Notes: generated from the sequence alone by a model not told the origin. Shown: positions 1 to 9,722, numbered from the stretch's first letter. The stretch: DNA of 32,000 nt from Schaalia odontolytica (GCF_005696695.1 NZ_CP040006.1:1380001-1412000); one strand, 5' to 3'. Translations and numbers: made by a program.

Positions 1-1
1 C

Positions 2-94
2 GCGGATGGTTCGCCTGTGGAGCTTCCCGCTGAGGATGAGCGCCGCGACGGCTCGGGTGTACCGATCACCTTTGCGATCGCATCGATCGGCTGA
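2..94 (+). CDS. 3' end of an unidentified CDS running in from the window edge
   Basis: Frame 2 is open from the window edge to TGA at 92-94 (...GVPITFAIASIG*). The strong hairpin at 113-152 follows it. No recognisable motif. Confidence 0.25.
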   Translation, partial: ADGSPVELPAEDERRDGSGVPITFAIASIG

Positions 95-112
95 CGCGTC
101 CTTCTAGTCATA

Positions 113-152
113 ACGGTGGGGTGGCCGGGAATTCTCCCGGCCACCCCACCGT
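113..152. terminator. Perfect 18-bp stem / 4-nt loop hairpin between convergent genes (probable bidirectional terminator)
   Basis: ACGGTGGGGTGGCCGGGA-attc-TCCCGGCCACCCCACCGT read directly. It lies between the stop at 92-94 (+) and the stop of the minus-strand kinase at 235. The flanking U-tracts are weak. Confidence 0.65.
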
Positions 153-234
153 TGTCTCTGTCATCGTGCAGATATGACTGTGGGCCCAGCCAATCGGCCG
201 GGCCCACACCCATCAGTTGAGGAACGCTCCCCCG

Positions 235-1185
235 TCAGCCTCGCAGCGTCGGGTCGGCGGCCAGAATGCCGGCAACCTCCTCGCGCGTGGGCGAGTACGC
301 GCCCTGGTGCAAGATGGTGATGCCGGAGGTGATGATGCCTCGGTGAATGGCGGGCAGGATCTGGTCCCACGAGGCCTCGCGCAGACGCTGCTTCGCCTCG
401 CCGGAACCCAGGAGTCCCGCGTCCACGAGGCCGGAGATGAGGCCGGCCATGAGCGAGTCGCCCGCGCCCACGGTGTCCACCAGCTCAACGTCCAGCGGGT
501 CGACAACCATCATGTCGCGCTCGGCGGCAGCCTTGATGTAGACGCCCCAGGGGCCGCGCGTGCACAGGATCAGCGACGGGCCGGACTGCGCCCACTCGCG
601 GATGACGTCCTCGACGGGACGGCCCGGGTAGAGCCACTCGAGATCCTCGTCGGATGCCTTCACGACGTCCGCGAGGGCCACGATCGCCTCGATGTGCGGG
701 CGGGCCTCGTCGGGCGTACCCAGGAGAGCGGGGCGAATGTTCGGGTCGTAGGACACGGTGCCGCGGATGGCTTGGCGCTTGACAGCGGCCAGGACCTTGT
801 CGGCGCCGGGCTCGACGACGACCACGTAGGAGCCGGTGTGGACGTGCCCAACGGTGTCCGGGTCCTCGACGGCGGGAACGTCCCACGAGAGGTCGAACTC
901 GTAGGTGGCGTGCCCCTTCTCGTCGACGGCGGCGTGGGCCACCGTGGTGAATTCGGCGCCGTCACTGCCGGGCGTCAGGGTGACACCGGCGGCCTCGGCG
1001 TGAGCGCGCACCTTATCGCCGCGAGCGTCACGGGCGAACCACGTCGCCAGCTCGGATTCGTGGCCGAGCCGGGTCAGGCCGGCTGCGACGTTGAGCATCG
1101 ATCCCCCGACAACTTCGACGGGTTCACTGTTTGGGCGGGTGATCTCGTCGATGAGAGCTTCCCCGATGTTCACGATCCTAGTCAT
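235..1185 (-). CDS. PfkB-family carbohydrate kinase (fructokinase-like)
   Basis: 316-aa ORF. N-terminal GGSMLNVA and C-terminal DTVGAGDSLMAGL (PfkB GAGD motif). Its start overlaps the stop of the upstream sugar porter by 8 nt, which suggests an operon. Confidence 0.85.
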   Translation of the reverse strand: MTRIVNIGEALIDEITRPNSEPVEVVGGSMLNVAAGLTRLGHESELATWFARDARGDKVRAHAEAAGVTLTPGSDGAEFTTVAHAAVDEKGHATYEFDLSWDVPAVEDPDTVGHVHTGSYVVVVEPGADKVLAAVKRQAIRGTVSYDPNIRPALLGTPDEARPHIEAIVALADVVKASDEDLEWLYPGRPVEDVIREWAQSGPSLILCTRGPWGVYIKAAAERDMMVVDPLDVELVDTVGAGDSLMAGLISGLVDAGLLGSGEAKQRLREASWDQILPAIHRGIITSGITILHQGAYSPTREEVAGILAADPTLRG

Positions 1186-2643
1186 TGGTCAACCCCAGCT
1201 TCTCTTCCATTTCTTCGAGCGGAATGCCCTTCGTTTCGGGCATGACCTTCAGCACCCAGAATAGCTGACCAACCATCGCGAGGAAGAAGATTCCAAAAGC
1301 GTAGCCACCACCGAGTTTATCGGTGAGCACAGGGAAGGCGTAGGTGGTAATGAAGGCGAACACCCAGTGCGTGAGCGAGCCCAGGGACTGGCCGCGGGCG
1401 CGCACGCGGTTGGGGAAAATTCCGAGATGAACACCCAGATGACGGAACCCTGGCCGAAGGCGTGCGAGGCGATGAAGCCGAGCAATCCGAGGAGGATCAG
1501 CCAGACGGGAGCGGCACTGCCCTCCTCGAAGTAGCCGCCCTCGTAGGCGAACATCATGCCCGCCAGGAAGCCGAGCGAGATCAGGTAGCCGATCGAGCCA
1601 ACGATCATGAGCTGGCGGCGGCCGATGCGGTCGATGACGGTGAGGGCGGCCATCGTAGCGACCAGGTTCATGAGACCGACGATGACGGATCCGATGTAGG
1701 GGAAGGCGTCTCCCAGGACTGCGGCACCGCCCGCGAGCTTCATGACCTTAGGCGCGTAGTAGAGGATCGCGTTGATGCCCGATAGCTGGTTGAACATCGC
1801 GATACAGAAGGCCATGAGGATGACCTTGCGGTAGCGGCGCGTGAAGAAGGGAACCTTGCCACCTGCCGCGTCCTCGGCGATCTGTGCCTTCATTTCGCCG
1901 ATCTGTTCATCGCATTCGGCCTGAGAGGCAGTCAGGTGTTCAGAAATCTTCACGGCGAGTTCTTCACGGCCGTGGGCGAGCAGCCAGCGCGGTGTCTCGG
2001 GGACGGTGGCCAGGAAGATCAGGAAGAACACGGCGGGCACGGCCATGACGCCGAGCATCCAGCGCCAGGCGGTGTCTTCGTGCGCAATTTCGCGGATGAT
2101 CGCGTTCGAGGCGTAGGCCAGGAGGATACCGAAGACGATATTGAACTGGACGAGGCCGACCAGGCGTCCGCGCACACGCGCGGGCGCGATCTCGGCGGTG
2201 TAGATGGGCGCCACCACAGAGGACAGGCCCACGCCGACGCCGCCGAGGAAGCGGAAGATCATGAAGAAGGTGATCGGGAACGCGGACGAGGCCGACACCG
2301 TTCCATCCGCTGCGCTCACCAGTGAGGGCAGCGGGGCGAGGGCGGTAGCGAGTGCTCCGAGGCCAAACAGAATGCCGATCCAGAAGAGGACGGGCTTACG
2401 GCCGAAGCGATCAGCCAGATTGCCGGCGATGATGGCGCCGACAATCGTGCCGATCGTCGCGATCGCGACGAGCATACCCTCGCCCGTGGAGGACAGGGCA
2501 TAAAGCTCGGTAAGTTTTTCTTCCGCACCGGAGATGACGGCGGTATCAAAACCGAAGAGCAAGCCGCCGAGAGAGGCGACGATGGCACTTCGAATGACCA
2601 GGGGCGGAATGGATCGAGATGGTGCTGACGACTGAGATGTCAT
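1178..2643 (-). pseudogene. MFS sugar-porter family transporter, interrupted by a -1 frameshift near 1417-1424
   Basis: Sugar-porter motifs are present: LADRFGRKPVL, PETPRWL, and C-terminal PETKGIPLEEME. The 475-aa ORF leaves the frame after ...VIWVFISE. The conserved continuation (I)FPNRVRARGQSLGSLTHW... is in the 1178-1405 ORF. The minus-strand text TCGGAATTTTCCCC reads as TCG GAA (A)TT TTC CCC with one base missing. I place the start at MTSQSS (ATG at 2643). Confidence 0.75.
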
Positions 2644-2861
2644 GCTGGCTCCGCACTGTGGGGAGGGGACGCGCATGGCGCCGAGGCCGTTTCTGCCTCT
2701 GTCGCGAGCCTAAGAATTTAATTGGTCGGACAATTAGGACTTAGGAAGCGGTTAGATGAAAACTGAACAGAATACGGGAGGAAATGATCCCATCTGAGAG
2801 AAAAAAGTAACGACGGTAACACAAGAGGATGTGCGGAAACATCCACCATGCGAAACGACGA

Positions 2862-3884
2862 TCAAATTTCGATCGCGTAGAGCCTCGTCTGGCCGACCGT
2901 ACGGAAGCCGAGGTAGTCGTAGATGGCGAGAGCGCCCGTGTGGTTCGCGGACCCCACGCCCGTGCCCGCGCGATCCATGCCGTCGCGCTTCTGCGCCCAC
3001 ATCGACGCCAGGATCAGCGCGTCAGCAACGCGGCTCTCGCGCCACTGAGACAGGACGCCCAGCTGGTCGATGTACCCCTCGCGCCAGCCCAGAGCCGCCC
3101 AGTCCTGCTCGTAACGCGATGCCAGCAGGAAACCGGCAACGCGGGGGCGATCCCCCCTCCGGTCGACGGCGACGAAAGACCATTCGGGAGCAAAGGCCGT
3201 GCGCCCCTGCATCCACTGCTCCTGGGTGAGCGGGGGCCGGCCCCACTCGGACTCGTTGAGGCGGTTCGCCGCGCGCAGGGCGGGTTCCTCCCACTGGGGA
3301 CCCCAGGCCTCGATGCTCATGTACGAGCCCAAGTCGGGAACCGGCGGAAGACCCTCCAAGGACGCGCGCAGCTCGTAGTAGGTGCGCGTCCAGCGGAAAC
3401 CGTGCACCTTCAGCTGCGCCTCGAGATCGTCCTGGCCGGTCTCGACGTGACAGGTGATCTGAGCGGGAGCGTCACCCTCGACCTCAGCCAGCATCTGTCG
3501 GGCAGTGCCCTCCTGCCAGTCGACGATCGCATTGCCGAGGCCGATGCGCCGAAAGTCGGGGTCCACTCCGCCGACGCACACGCACTCCACACGCCCCGGG
3601 AAACGCAGGACCACCTGAGCGAAGGCGACGATGCGACCCGCTGCGATACCCCTACGGGCAATCCCGACAAGGCCTCGCCACTGCGAGGCACCCGAAAGCA
3701 TCTCCTCGACCTCGTCCGGGCTGGTGCGATACGGGGGGTTATCGCGAGCCTCCATGCGGGCGAAAAGCGCGGACAGGCCATCGTGGTGGGCGGCCGTCAG
3801 CGACTCCCATTCAATCCCGTGATGTTCGCCCGGGAAGGGGACGAACTCGGGGGCATTTGCTCGCTGCGCGAGAGGAATGCTCAT
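2862..3884 (-). CDS. Two-domain GNAT-family N-acetyltransferase (paralog 1)
   Basis: 340 aa. Two acetyl-CoA-binding-like segments: DPDFRRIGLGNAIV, and QWRESRVADALI...YDYLGFRTV. GGAGG lies 6 nt upstream of the ATG. Confidence 0.75.
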   Translation of the reverse strand: MSIPLAQRANAPEFVPFPGEHHGIEWESLTAAHHDGLSALFARMEARDNPPYRTSPDEVEEMLSGASQWRGLVGIARRGIAAGRIVAFAQVVLRFPGRVECVCVGGVDPDFRRIGLGNAIVDWQEGTARQMLAEVEGDAPAQITCHVETGQDDLEAQLKVHGFRWTRTYYELRASLEGLPPVPDLGSYMSIEAWGPQWEEPALRAANRLNESEWGRPPLTQEQWMQGRTAFAPEWSFVAVDRRGDRPRVAGFLLASRYEQDWAALGWREGYIDQLGVLSQWRESRVADALILASMWAQKRDGMDRAGTGVGSANHTGALAIYDYLGFRTVGQTRLYAIEI

Positions 3885-3902
3885 GCTCGCCTCCTTCCGT
3901 CT

Positions 3903-4922
3903 CTACTGGTCGATCGTGTAGTAAACCTCAGCGGCTTCATCCACGAAGCCCAGATGTTCGTAAATCTTATGCGCTCCGTCCGGGCTCGACATGTCAACGT
4001 CGAGGCCAATGCGCGACGCGCCAGACGCGGACGCTGCGGCGACGGCGTGCCCGACGAGGGCGCTTGCAATGGAGCGTCCGCGGTGCGCCTCGGCGACGCC
4101 GAGCAGGTAGATGTAGGCCTCCGGACGGCCCGTAGCCACCCAGCGCTGCGCGGGACGTCCAGTGATCGCGTAGCCAACGACCTCACCCTGAGCATCCACG
4201 GCCACGAACGACCAACGCGGGTCGAAGTGGTTCATCGCGTCGTCCCACCACAGCGCGCGCAGCGGCGAACGGAACGACTGCTGGAAGGCCTCCATATGGA
4301 TGGCGCGAACCTGGTCCTGCGGAACCTCGTTCCACGGCAGGATGCGGTATCCGTGACGCGCGGGCACGGGCACCTCGCCGCCGGCCAGGTCGCGGTACAT
4401 GACTTGGTACGTGCGCTTAGCGAAGAAGCCGGCCGCAATGTAGAGGCGGCGACGATCGGTCATGTGCGCGTCGACGAGGTTCGAAATCGAGGCAGGAACC
4501 TCAGAATCGGCTCCAAATTCCTCGACGAGCATCTGTCGGGCGCGCCCGTCCTGCCAGTAGAGCAGAGCCCGGCCCACGCCTCGGCCACGCCAGTGCGGGT
4601 GAATGAAGGCGCTGACGACGGCGGTGGCGGCCTCGTGAATGCCGCGCAGCACGCGCACGGACGCCACGGCGCAGATGTTTCGCTTCGCGTCCAGGCCGAC
4701 GATCGTGTCCACCCAGTCGCGCCCGTTCTCGCCCTCCATCATGTCCGCGATGTCGTCGACAGAGGTGCGTCGAATGGCGTTGTCGTCGTCTTCGATCAGG
4801 GAGATAAGCGCGTACACGGCGGGGGCATCGCGGCCGATCATGGGCCGCCAGCGCAACCCGAGGTGATTGCCCGGGTACGGGACGGACCCGGGCGGCGTGA
4901 GTCGCTGCGCAAGTCCTGTCAT
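3903..4922 (-). CDS. Two-domain GNAT-family N-acetyltransferase (paralog 2)
   Basis: 339 aa, collinear with the neighbouring GNAT. Shared blocks include P(F/Y)PG.H.G..W, RTS.D(E/D)..(E/D)M, P.WSFVAVD and Y..LGF. Contains HPHWRGRGVGRAL and AHRGRSIASAL motifs. Confidence 0.75.
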   Translation of the reverse strand: MTGLAQRLTPPGSVPYPGNHLGLRWRPMIGRDAPAVYALISLIEDDDNAIRRTSVDDIADMMEGENGRDWVDTIVGLDAKRNICAVASVRVLRGIHEAATAVVSAFIHPHWRGRGVGRALLYWQDGRARQMLVEEFGADSEVPASISNLVDAHMTDRRRLYIAAGFFAKRTYQVMYRDLAGGEVPVPARHGYRILPWNEVPQDQVRAIHMEAFQQSFRSPLRALWWDDAMNHFDPRWSFVAVDAQGEVVGYAITGRPAQRWVATGRPEAYIYLLGVAEAHRGRSIASALVGHAVAAASASGASRIGLDVDMSSPDGAHKIYEHLGFVDEAAEVYYTIDQ

Positions 4923-5026
4923 GGCAGATATCCTACCGGCTATTCGGGCCTTTAGTCACACTGGCGCTTGACATATGGTCAACGCGCGTGAACGTTTGTG
5001 CAGCGCGCGGGGATTTTTGCGCGTGA

Positions 5027-7147
5027 TTACGCGTCGATACGCGTACGATCCAGCCCCGCGGATTCCTCGACGATAAACTCCTTGCGCGGGCCCACGGTCG
5101 AGCCCATGAGCAGCTCAAACACGTCCTCCGCCTGACGCAGGGCTTCCTCGTCGGCCAGCGTGATGCGACGCAGCGAGCGGTGAGCCCGGTCCATCGTGGT
5201 CTCAGCCAGCTGGTCGGCATCCATCTCGCCCAGGCCCTTGTACCGCTGGATGGGTTCCTTCCACGTGCGGCCCGAGCGACGCAGGGCGGCGAGCTTACGA
5301 TGCAGCTCGTCCTCGGAGTAGGTGTAGATGTACTCGCGCTTCTTGCGTCCCTTGCCTGCAACCTCGATGCGATGCAGGGGCGGGACGGCGGCGTAGATGC
5401 GGCCAGCCTCGACCATGGGGCGCATATAGCGGAAGAACAGGGTGAGCAGCAGGGTACGGATGTGCGCGCCGTCGACGTCGGCGTCGGTCATGAGGATGAC
5501 CTTGCCGTAGCGAGCCTGGGACAGGTCGAAGGTACGGCCCGAGCCCGCGCCGATCACCTGGATGATGTTGGCACACTCGGCGTTGGCCAGCATGTCCGCG
5601 GTCGAGGCCTTCTGCACGTTGAGGATCTTTCCTCGAATCGGGAACAGGGCCTGGTAGTGGGAGTTGCGCGCGGCCTTGGCCGTGCCCAGGGCGGAGTCGC
5701 CCTCGACGATGAAGAGCTCGGTCTCCTCGACGTCCTCGAGGCGGCAGTCCGCGAGCTTGGCGGGCAGCGAGGAGGTTTCCAGCGCGTTCTTCTTACGCGA
5801 GATCTCCTTGTGCAGGCGCGCGGAGACGCGGGCCTTCATCTCGCCGACGACCTTCTCCATGAGGAGGGAGGTCTGCTGCTTGTCGTCGCGCTTGGAGGAG
5901 GCGAACTTGGCCTTCAGCCAGTCGGAGACCACACGGTTGACGACGGTGCGAATCTGGGGAGTGCCCAGCGTTTCCTTGGTCTGTCCCTCGAACTGAGGCT
6001 CGGGGAAGCGCACGGTGATGACGGCCGTCATGCCGGCCTGGACGTCGTCTTTTTCGGGGCGCCCGTCCTTCGCGCCGACCTTGAGCTTGCGCGCATTCTT
6101 GTCGATCGCGGCACGCAGGGTCTTGAGGACTGCCTGCTCGAAGCCGGTGACGTGGGTGCCGCCCTTGGGGGTGGCGATGATGTTGACGAAGGACTGGACG
6201 GTCGTGTCGTAGCCGATGCCCCAGCGCAGCGCGATGTCGACCTCGCAGGTGCGCTCGACCTCGGTGGCGCGCAGGTGCCCGGTCTCGGAGTCCAGAGCCT
6301 GCACGGTCTCGTTGTAGGTACCCGCACCCGTGATGTGCCACGTGTCGGTGACGGGGCCGTCGGAGGCCAGCCAGTTCGCGAAGTCGACGACGCCGCCGTC
6401 GAAGCGGAAGCTCTCGTGAAGTTCCTCTTCGCCGCGCTCGTCGTAGCAGTTGATGGTCAGGCCGGGCACGAGGAACGCGGTCTGGCGGGCGCGCGCCAGC
6501 AGGTTCTCCCACGAGAACCCCTCGGTCGACGGGAAGATCTGGAAGTCCGCCCAGAAGCGCACGCGCGTGCCGGTCTGGGATTTCTTCACCTTGCCGACGG
6601 TCTTGAGCGTCGAGCCATCCACGAACGGCTTGAACGGCGAGTTGGGGGTGCGCTGCTTGGAGTCGTCGAATTCGCCGGGTTCGCCGCGGCGGAAGCACAT
6701 CTCGTGGGTCTTGCCGCCGCGGTCGACCTGCACGTCGAGGCGGGCCGACAGGGCGTTCACGACGGAGGCGCCGACGCCGTGGAGGCCGCCCGAGGCCGCG
6801 TAGGAGCCGCCGCCGAACTTACCGCCGGCGTGGAGCTTAGTGTAGACGACCTCGACGCCCGTCAGGCCCTGTCCGGGCACGATGTCGACGGGGATTCCTC
6901 GGCCGTTGTCGGCGACGGAGGCGGAGTGATCGGGGTGCAGGCGCACGTCGATCGTGTCGCAGTGGCCTTCCAGGGCCTCGTCGACCGCGTTGTCGATGAT
7001 CTCCCAGAGGCAGTGCATGAGGCCCCGATGGTCGGTGGAGCCGATGTACATGCCGGGGCGCTTGCGCACGGCTTCGAGCCCCTCGAGGACCGAGAGGTGC
7101 CGTGCGTTGTAGTCGGATGCGTCGGTAGGAGTCACGATGTGCATCAT
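5027..7147 (-). CDS. parE: Type IIA DNA topoisomerase subunit B (topoisomerase IV ParE / GyrB paralog)
   Basis: Motifs: VRKRPGMYIGS, GLHGVGASVVNALS, Toprim EGDSA, PIRGKILNV, DADVDGAHI. No adjacent A subunit in the window, hence parE-like rather than gyrB. Start trimmed to MMHIVTP (7147). The ORF-track extension to 7291 has no homology-like content. Confidence 0.85.
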   Translation of the reverse strand: MMHIVTPTDASDYNARHLSVLEGLEAVRKRPGMYIGSTDHRGLMHCLWEIIDNAVDEALEGHCDTIDVRLHPDHSASVADNGRGIPVDIVPGQGLTGVEVVYTKLHAGGKFGGGSYAASGGLHGVGASVVNALSARLDVQVDRGGKTHEMCFRRGEPGEFDDSKQRTPNSPFKPFVDGSTLKTVGKVKKSQTGTRVRFWADFQIFPSTEGFSWENLLARARQTAFLVPGLTINCYDERGEEELHESFRFDGGVVDFANWLASDGPVTDTWHITGAGTYNETVQALDSETGHLRATEVERTCEVDIALRWGIGYDTTVQSFVNIIATPKGGTHVTGFEQAVLKTLRAAIDKNARKLKVGAKDGRPEKDDVQAGMTAVITVRFPEPQFEGQTKETLGTPQIRTVVNRVVSDWLKAKFASSKRDDKQQTSLLMEKVVGEMKARVSARLHKEISRKKNALETSSLPAKLADCRLEDVEETELFIVEGDSALGTAKAARNSHYQALFPIRGKILNVQKASTADMLANAECANIIQVIGAGSGRTFDLSQARYGKVILMTDADVDGAHIRTLLLTLFFRYMRPMVEAGRIYAAVPPLHRIEVAGKGRKKREYIYTYSEDELHRKLAALRRSGRTWKEPIQRYKGLGEMDADQLAETTMDRAHRSLRRITLADEEALRQAEDVFELLMGSTVGPRKEFIVEESAGLDRTRIDA

Positions 7148-7383
7148 ATGTGGGTCAACGCTCGTTTGTGGCCAACGGTGCGCGTGGCGCGGGTTCTGGG
7201 ATGCTTTCCACGATTGACGAGGCCGGGGCCAGATCGCGCTGGGGGCGTACCGTTTCGGGGATGTTGGGGCTGTCGTTGGAGCGATTTCCACTCCCCCGTT
7301 TCATTGTGTCGGCGTGCGGGCGATCGATTGCGCCCCGGGTGAACAGGGGTGCGCGGGGCGGGGTGATGGTGTGTGATGGAAGC

Positions 7384-7599
7384 ATGAACGCACAGACTCT
7401 TGAACGCCCCGTACTGGACGAGCCGCAGCTCAGCGCGGCTAATCGTTGCGACGCCTGCGGCGCTCGCGCCTGGGTTCGTGCGACGATGCCTTCGGGTGGC
7501 CAGCTCTACTTCTGCGGCCACCACGCAAACGAGCACCTGCCCTCGCTGGTGGGCGCCGGCGCACAGATCCTGGACGAGCGTCATTTCATGAACGACTGA
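7384..7599 (+). CDS. Small Cys/His-rich conserved hypothetical protein (zinc-ribbon-like), divergent from parE
   Basis: 71 aa starting at MNAQTLERP. Contains CDACGARAW...YFCGHHANEH. A strong intrinsic terminator follows it. From memory it resembles the small actinobacterial proteins annotated DUF7455; not verifiable here. Confidence 0.55.
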   Translation: MNAQTLERPVLDEPQLSAANRCDACGARAWVRATMPSGGQLYFCGHHANEHLPSLVGAGAQILDERHFMND

Positions 7600-7640
7600 G
7601 AGCGAGCCTCCCGCAGCGGCGGGACGCACGGCTTGCAGGC

Positions 7641-7679
7641 GCGGGCGGGGACCGAGGGGTCCCCGCCCGCGTTTTTCTT
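7641..7679 (+). terminator. Rho-independent terminator
   Basis: GCGGGCGGGGACC-gagg-GGTCCCCGCCCGC is a 13-bp perfect stem. It is followed by GTTTTTCTT. Confidence 0.85.
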
Positions 7680-7854
7680 GCGCACATCGGTGTTGTACCC
7701 ATTTGCGATGCCTGCGTCACGAAACCGCTCCTGACCCGCACTTTTGATCCTCTCCCCCGCGCGCCTGTCAAAGAGCGCGTGGTACAGTTGCGAGCCGCTT
7801 TCGGGCACAAAAGGTGGCGAACTGACACACTGTCGCCCGCATTGGAGCAAAGCC

Positions 7855-8955
7855 ATGAAAATAGCGTGGAACGAAATTACATATCAACCAAAGAAGTTCG
7901 TTCTCATCGAGTTCCTGATCGCCACGCTCATGTTCATGGTCGTGTTCCTCTCGGGTCTCACCAACGGCCTCGGAGCCTCCGTGTCCGCGCAGATCACGAA
8001 CTACGGTCCCCTCACCTACGTCCTGTCGACGGACTCTGAGGGTGTCATCCCCTATTCGTCGGTGACCTCCGACGACATCGAGGCCCTCGAAGCGGCCGGC
8101 ATGCGCGACTACGCGAGCCTCGTCATCCAGCGCGCGACCATCACTCAGAACGACGACTCGAACACCCTGGACATCACGTACTTCGCGACGGATCACAACG
8201 ACGGTAACGTTCTCCAGCCGACCCTCATCGACTCCGACCTGACGATCTCCGATCTGGGAGACGACGAGGTCATCCTCGACAGCGCATTTGAGAACGAGGG
8301 CATCCACGTCGGGGATCGGGTGATCGACAAGATCTCGGAGCAGGAGCTCACGGTCGTCGCCTTCGCCTCGCGAGCCAACTACGGCTACAGCGACATCGGT
8401 TTCGTCAGCTCGCAGACCTACGCGGGTATGCGCACGGTGACCGTTCCGAACTACGAGTGGCAGGCCCAGACGGTCGTCACGTCGGATGAGATCGCGGAGG
8501 ACGCTCTTCCTGCTCATCTGATGACCGCGGACCGCCAGCAGGTCATCGATAAGATCCCCGGCTACAAGGCCCAGAACCTCACGCTGAAGATGATCACCTG
8601 GGTGCTCCTCGTGGCCTCGTCCGCGATCCTGGGTGTCTTCTTCTACATCCTCACCCTGCAGAAGCTGCGCCAGTTCGGCGTCCTCAAGGCGATCGGCATG
8701 CCGATGCGCACCATTACCTACATTCAGATCTCCCAGCTGACGATCATCTCGATCATCGGCGTCACGATCGGTCTCGGCCTCGCCGCCGCCATGGCGCCGT
8801 TCCTACCGAGCACGGTCCCTTCCATCATGACGCTCGCGGACAACGTCACCGTCGCGATCAGCTTCGTCGTGACCTCGATCCTGTGCGGTGCGCTGTCGCT
8901 GCTGAAGATCAAGAAGGTGGATCCCATCGAAGTCATCGGCGGAAACGGAGAATAA
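7855..8955 (+). CDS. ABC transporter permease, FtsX/MacB-like (N-terminal TM, large extracytoplasmic domain, C-terminal 3-TM FtsX domain)
   Basis: ATG at 7855 (MKIAWNEITYQPKKF...). One N-terminal TM helix, a roughly 230-aa hydrophilic domain, then a hydrophobic C-terminal bundle (LVASSAILGVFFYIL...GVLKAIGM...). The partner ATPase follows immediately. Confidence 0.8.
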   Translation: MKIAWNEITYQPKKFVLIEFLIATLMFMVVFLSGLTNGLGASVSAQITNYGPLTYVLSTDSEGVIPYSSVTSDDIEALEAAGMRDYASLVIQRATITQNDDSNTLDITYFATDHNDGNVLQPTLIDSDLTISDLGDDEVILDSAFENEGIHVGDRVIDKISEQELTVVAFASRANYGYSDIGFVSSQTYAGMRTVTVPNYEWQAQTVVTSDEIAEDALPAHLMTADRQQVIDKIPGYKAQNLTLKMITWVLLVASSAILGVFFYILTLQKLRQFGVLKAIGMPMRTITYIQISQLTIISIIGVTIGLGLAAAMAPFLPSTVPSIMTLADNVTVAISFVVTSILCGALSLLKIKKVDPIEVIGGNGE

Positions 8956-8956
8956 A

Positions 8957-9640
8957 GTGGCAATCATCGAACTGGATTCGATCGGAAAGTCCTACGCCGA
9001 CGGCGACCAGACGCACCGCGTGCTGAGTGGCCTCAGCCTGAGCGTCGACCCCGGCGAGTTCGTGGCAATCCTGGGGCCGTCCGGTTCCGGAAAGTCAACG
9101 CTCCTGTCCATCGCAGGCCTACTCCTGTCGGCCGACGAGGGGTGCATCTCCATCGCCGGCCAGGACCTGACCCAGCTCAGCCAGAAGCAGTGGACGCGCA
9201 AGCGCCTGGAGCTCCTGGGCTTCATCTTCCAGGACCACCAGCTGCTCCCCTACATGCGCATCGGCGATCAGCTCGAGCTCGTCGCCAAGCTCAAGGGGCA
9301 GAAGGACAAGGCCGCACGTCAGGCCGAGGTCCGCGCTCTCATGGAGGACCTGGGGATCGAGGCCTCCTACGCCAAGTACCCGCGCCAGATGTCGGGCGGC
9401 CAGAAGCAGCGCGCAGCGATCGCTCGTGCCTTCATCGGAAACCCGCAGCTGATCCTCGCCGACGAGCCGACCGCGAGCCTGGACCCGGATCGTGGCCAGG
9501 AGATCGCCCAGCTGATCTGCAAGGAAGTGAAGTCGAAGAATAAGAGCGCCATCATGGTGACGCATGATCGCTCGATCCTGCCCTACGTGGACACGATCTA
9601 CGAGCTCACGCACGGCACGCTGACCAGGCTCGAGGCCTGA
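8957..9640 (+). CDS. ABC transporter ATP-binding protein (MacB/LolD-type)
   Basis: Walker [11 protein letters not shown]-loop, signature MSGGQKQR, Walker [10 protein letters not shown]-loop MVTHD. The GTG start is 1 nt after the permease stop. Confidence 0.9.
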   Translation: MAIIELDSIGKSYADGDQTHRVLSGLSLSVDPGEFVAILGPSGSGKSTLLSIAGLLLSADEGCISIAGQDLTQLSQKQWTRKRLELLGFIFQDHQLLPYMRIGDQLELVAKLKGQKDKAARQAEVRALMEDLGIEASYAKYPRQMSGGQKQRAAIARAFIGNPQLILADEPTASLDPDRGQEIAQLICKEVKSKNKSAIMVTHDRSILPYVDTIYELTHGTLTRLEA

Positions 9641-9722
9641 GAGCGGCGAGCGTTCCAGGCGCATAGCAGCAACGGCACCGGTGGGGATCTCCTGAGAAGA
9701 CACACAGGGGGTCCCCACTGCT

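Noticed and set aside
2862-4922. Calling the double-GNAT genes mycothiol synthase (mshD).
   Set aside because: Only the domain architecture is similar. There is no supporting pathway context in the window, and I cannot verify orthology without a search. They are kept as generic GNAT acetyltransferases.
2829-4955. Very long ORFs antisense to real genes. Examples: 217-1245 (+), 2829-4955 (+), 5180-7342 (+), 15029-16141 (+), 16253-17305 (+), 20397-21458 (+), 21455-23437 (+), 24219-27779 (+).
   Set aside because: Their translations are Arg/Gly/Ala/Asp-rich and low in complexity, with no motifs. Each lies opposite a gene with clear family signatures. Stop-poor antisense frames are expected at this GC content.
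7148-7291. ORF-track 5' extensions of parE (to 7291), ileS (to 27665), ndk (to 19275), dhaK (to 21440), and the first MFS (to 2676).
   Set aside because: The extensions are compositionally biased and lack family similarity. They overlap a neighbouring gene or the T-box leader, and better-placed starts with SD sequences exist.
9668-9712. Possible terminator hairpin (GTGGGGA...TCCCCAC) between the ABC ATPase and the antitoxin gene.
   Set aside because: It has only a 7-8 bp stem, a loop of about 20 nt and no U-tract. That is too weak to report as a feature.
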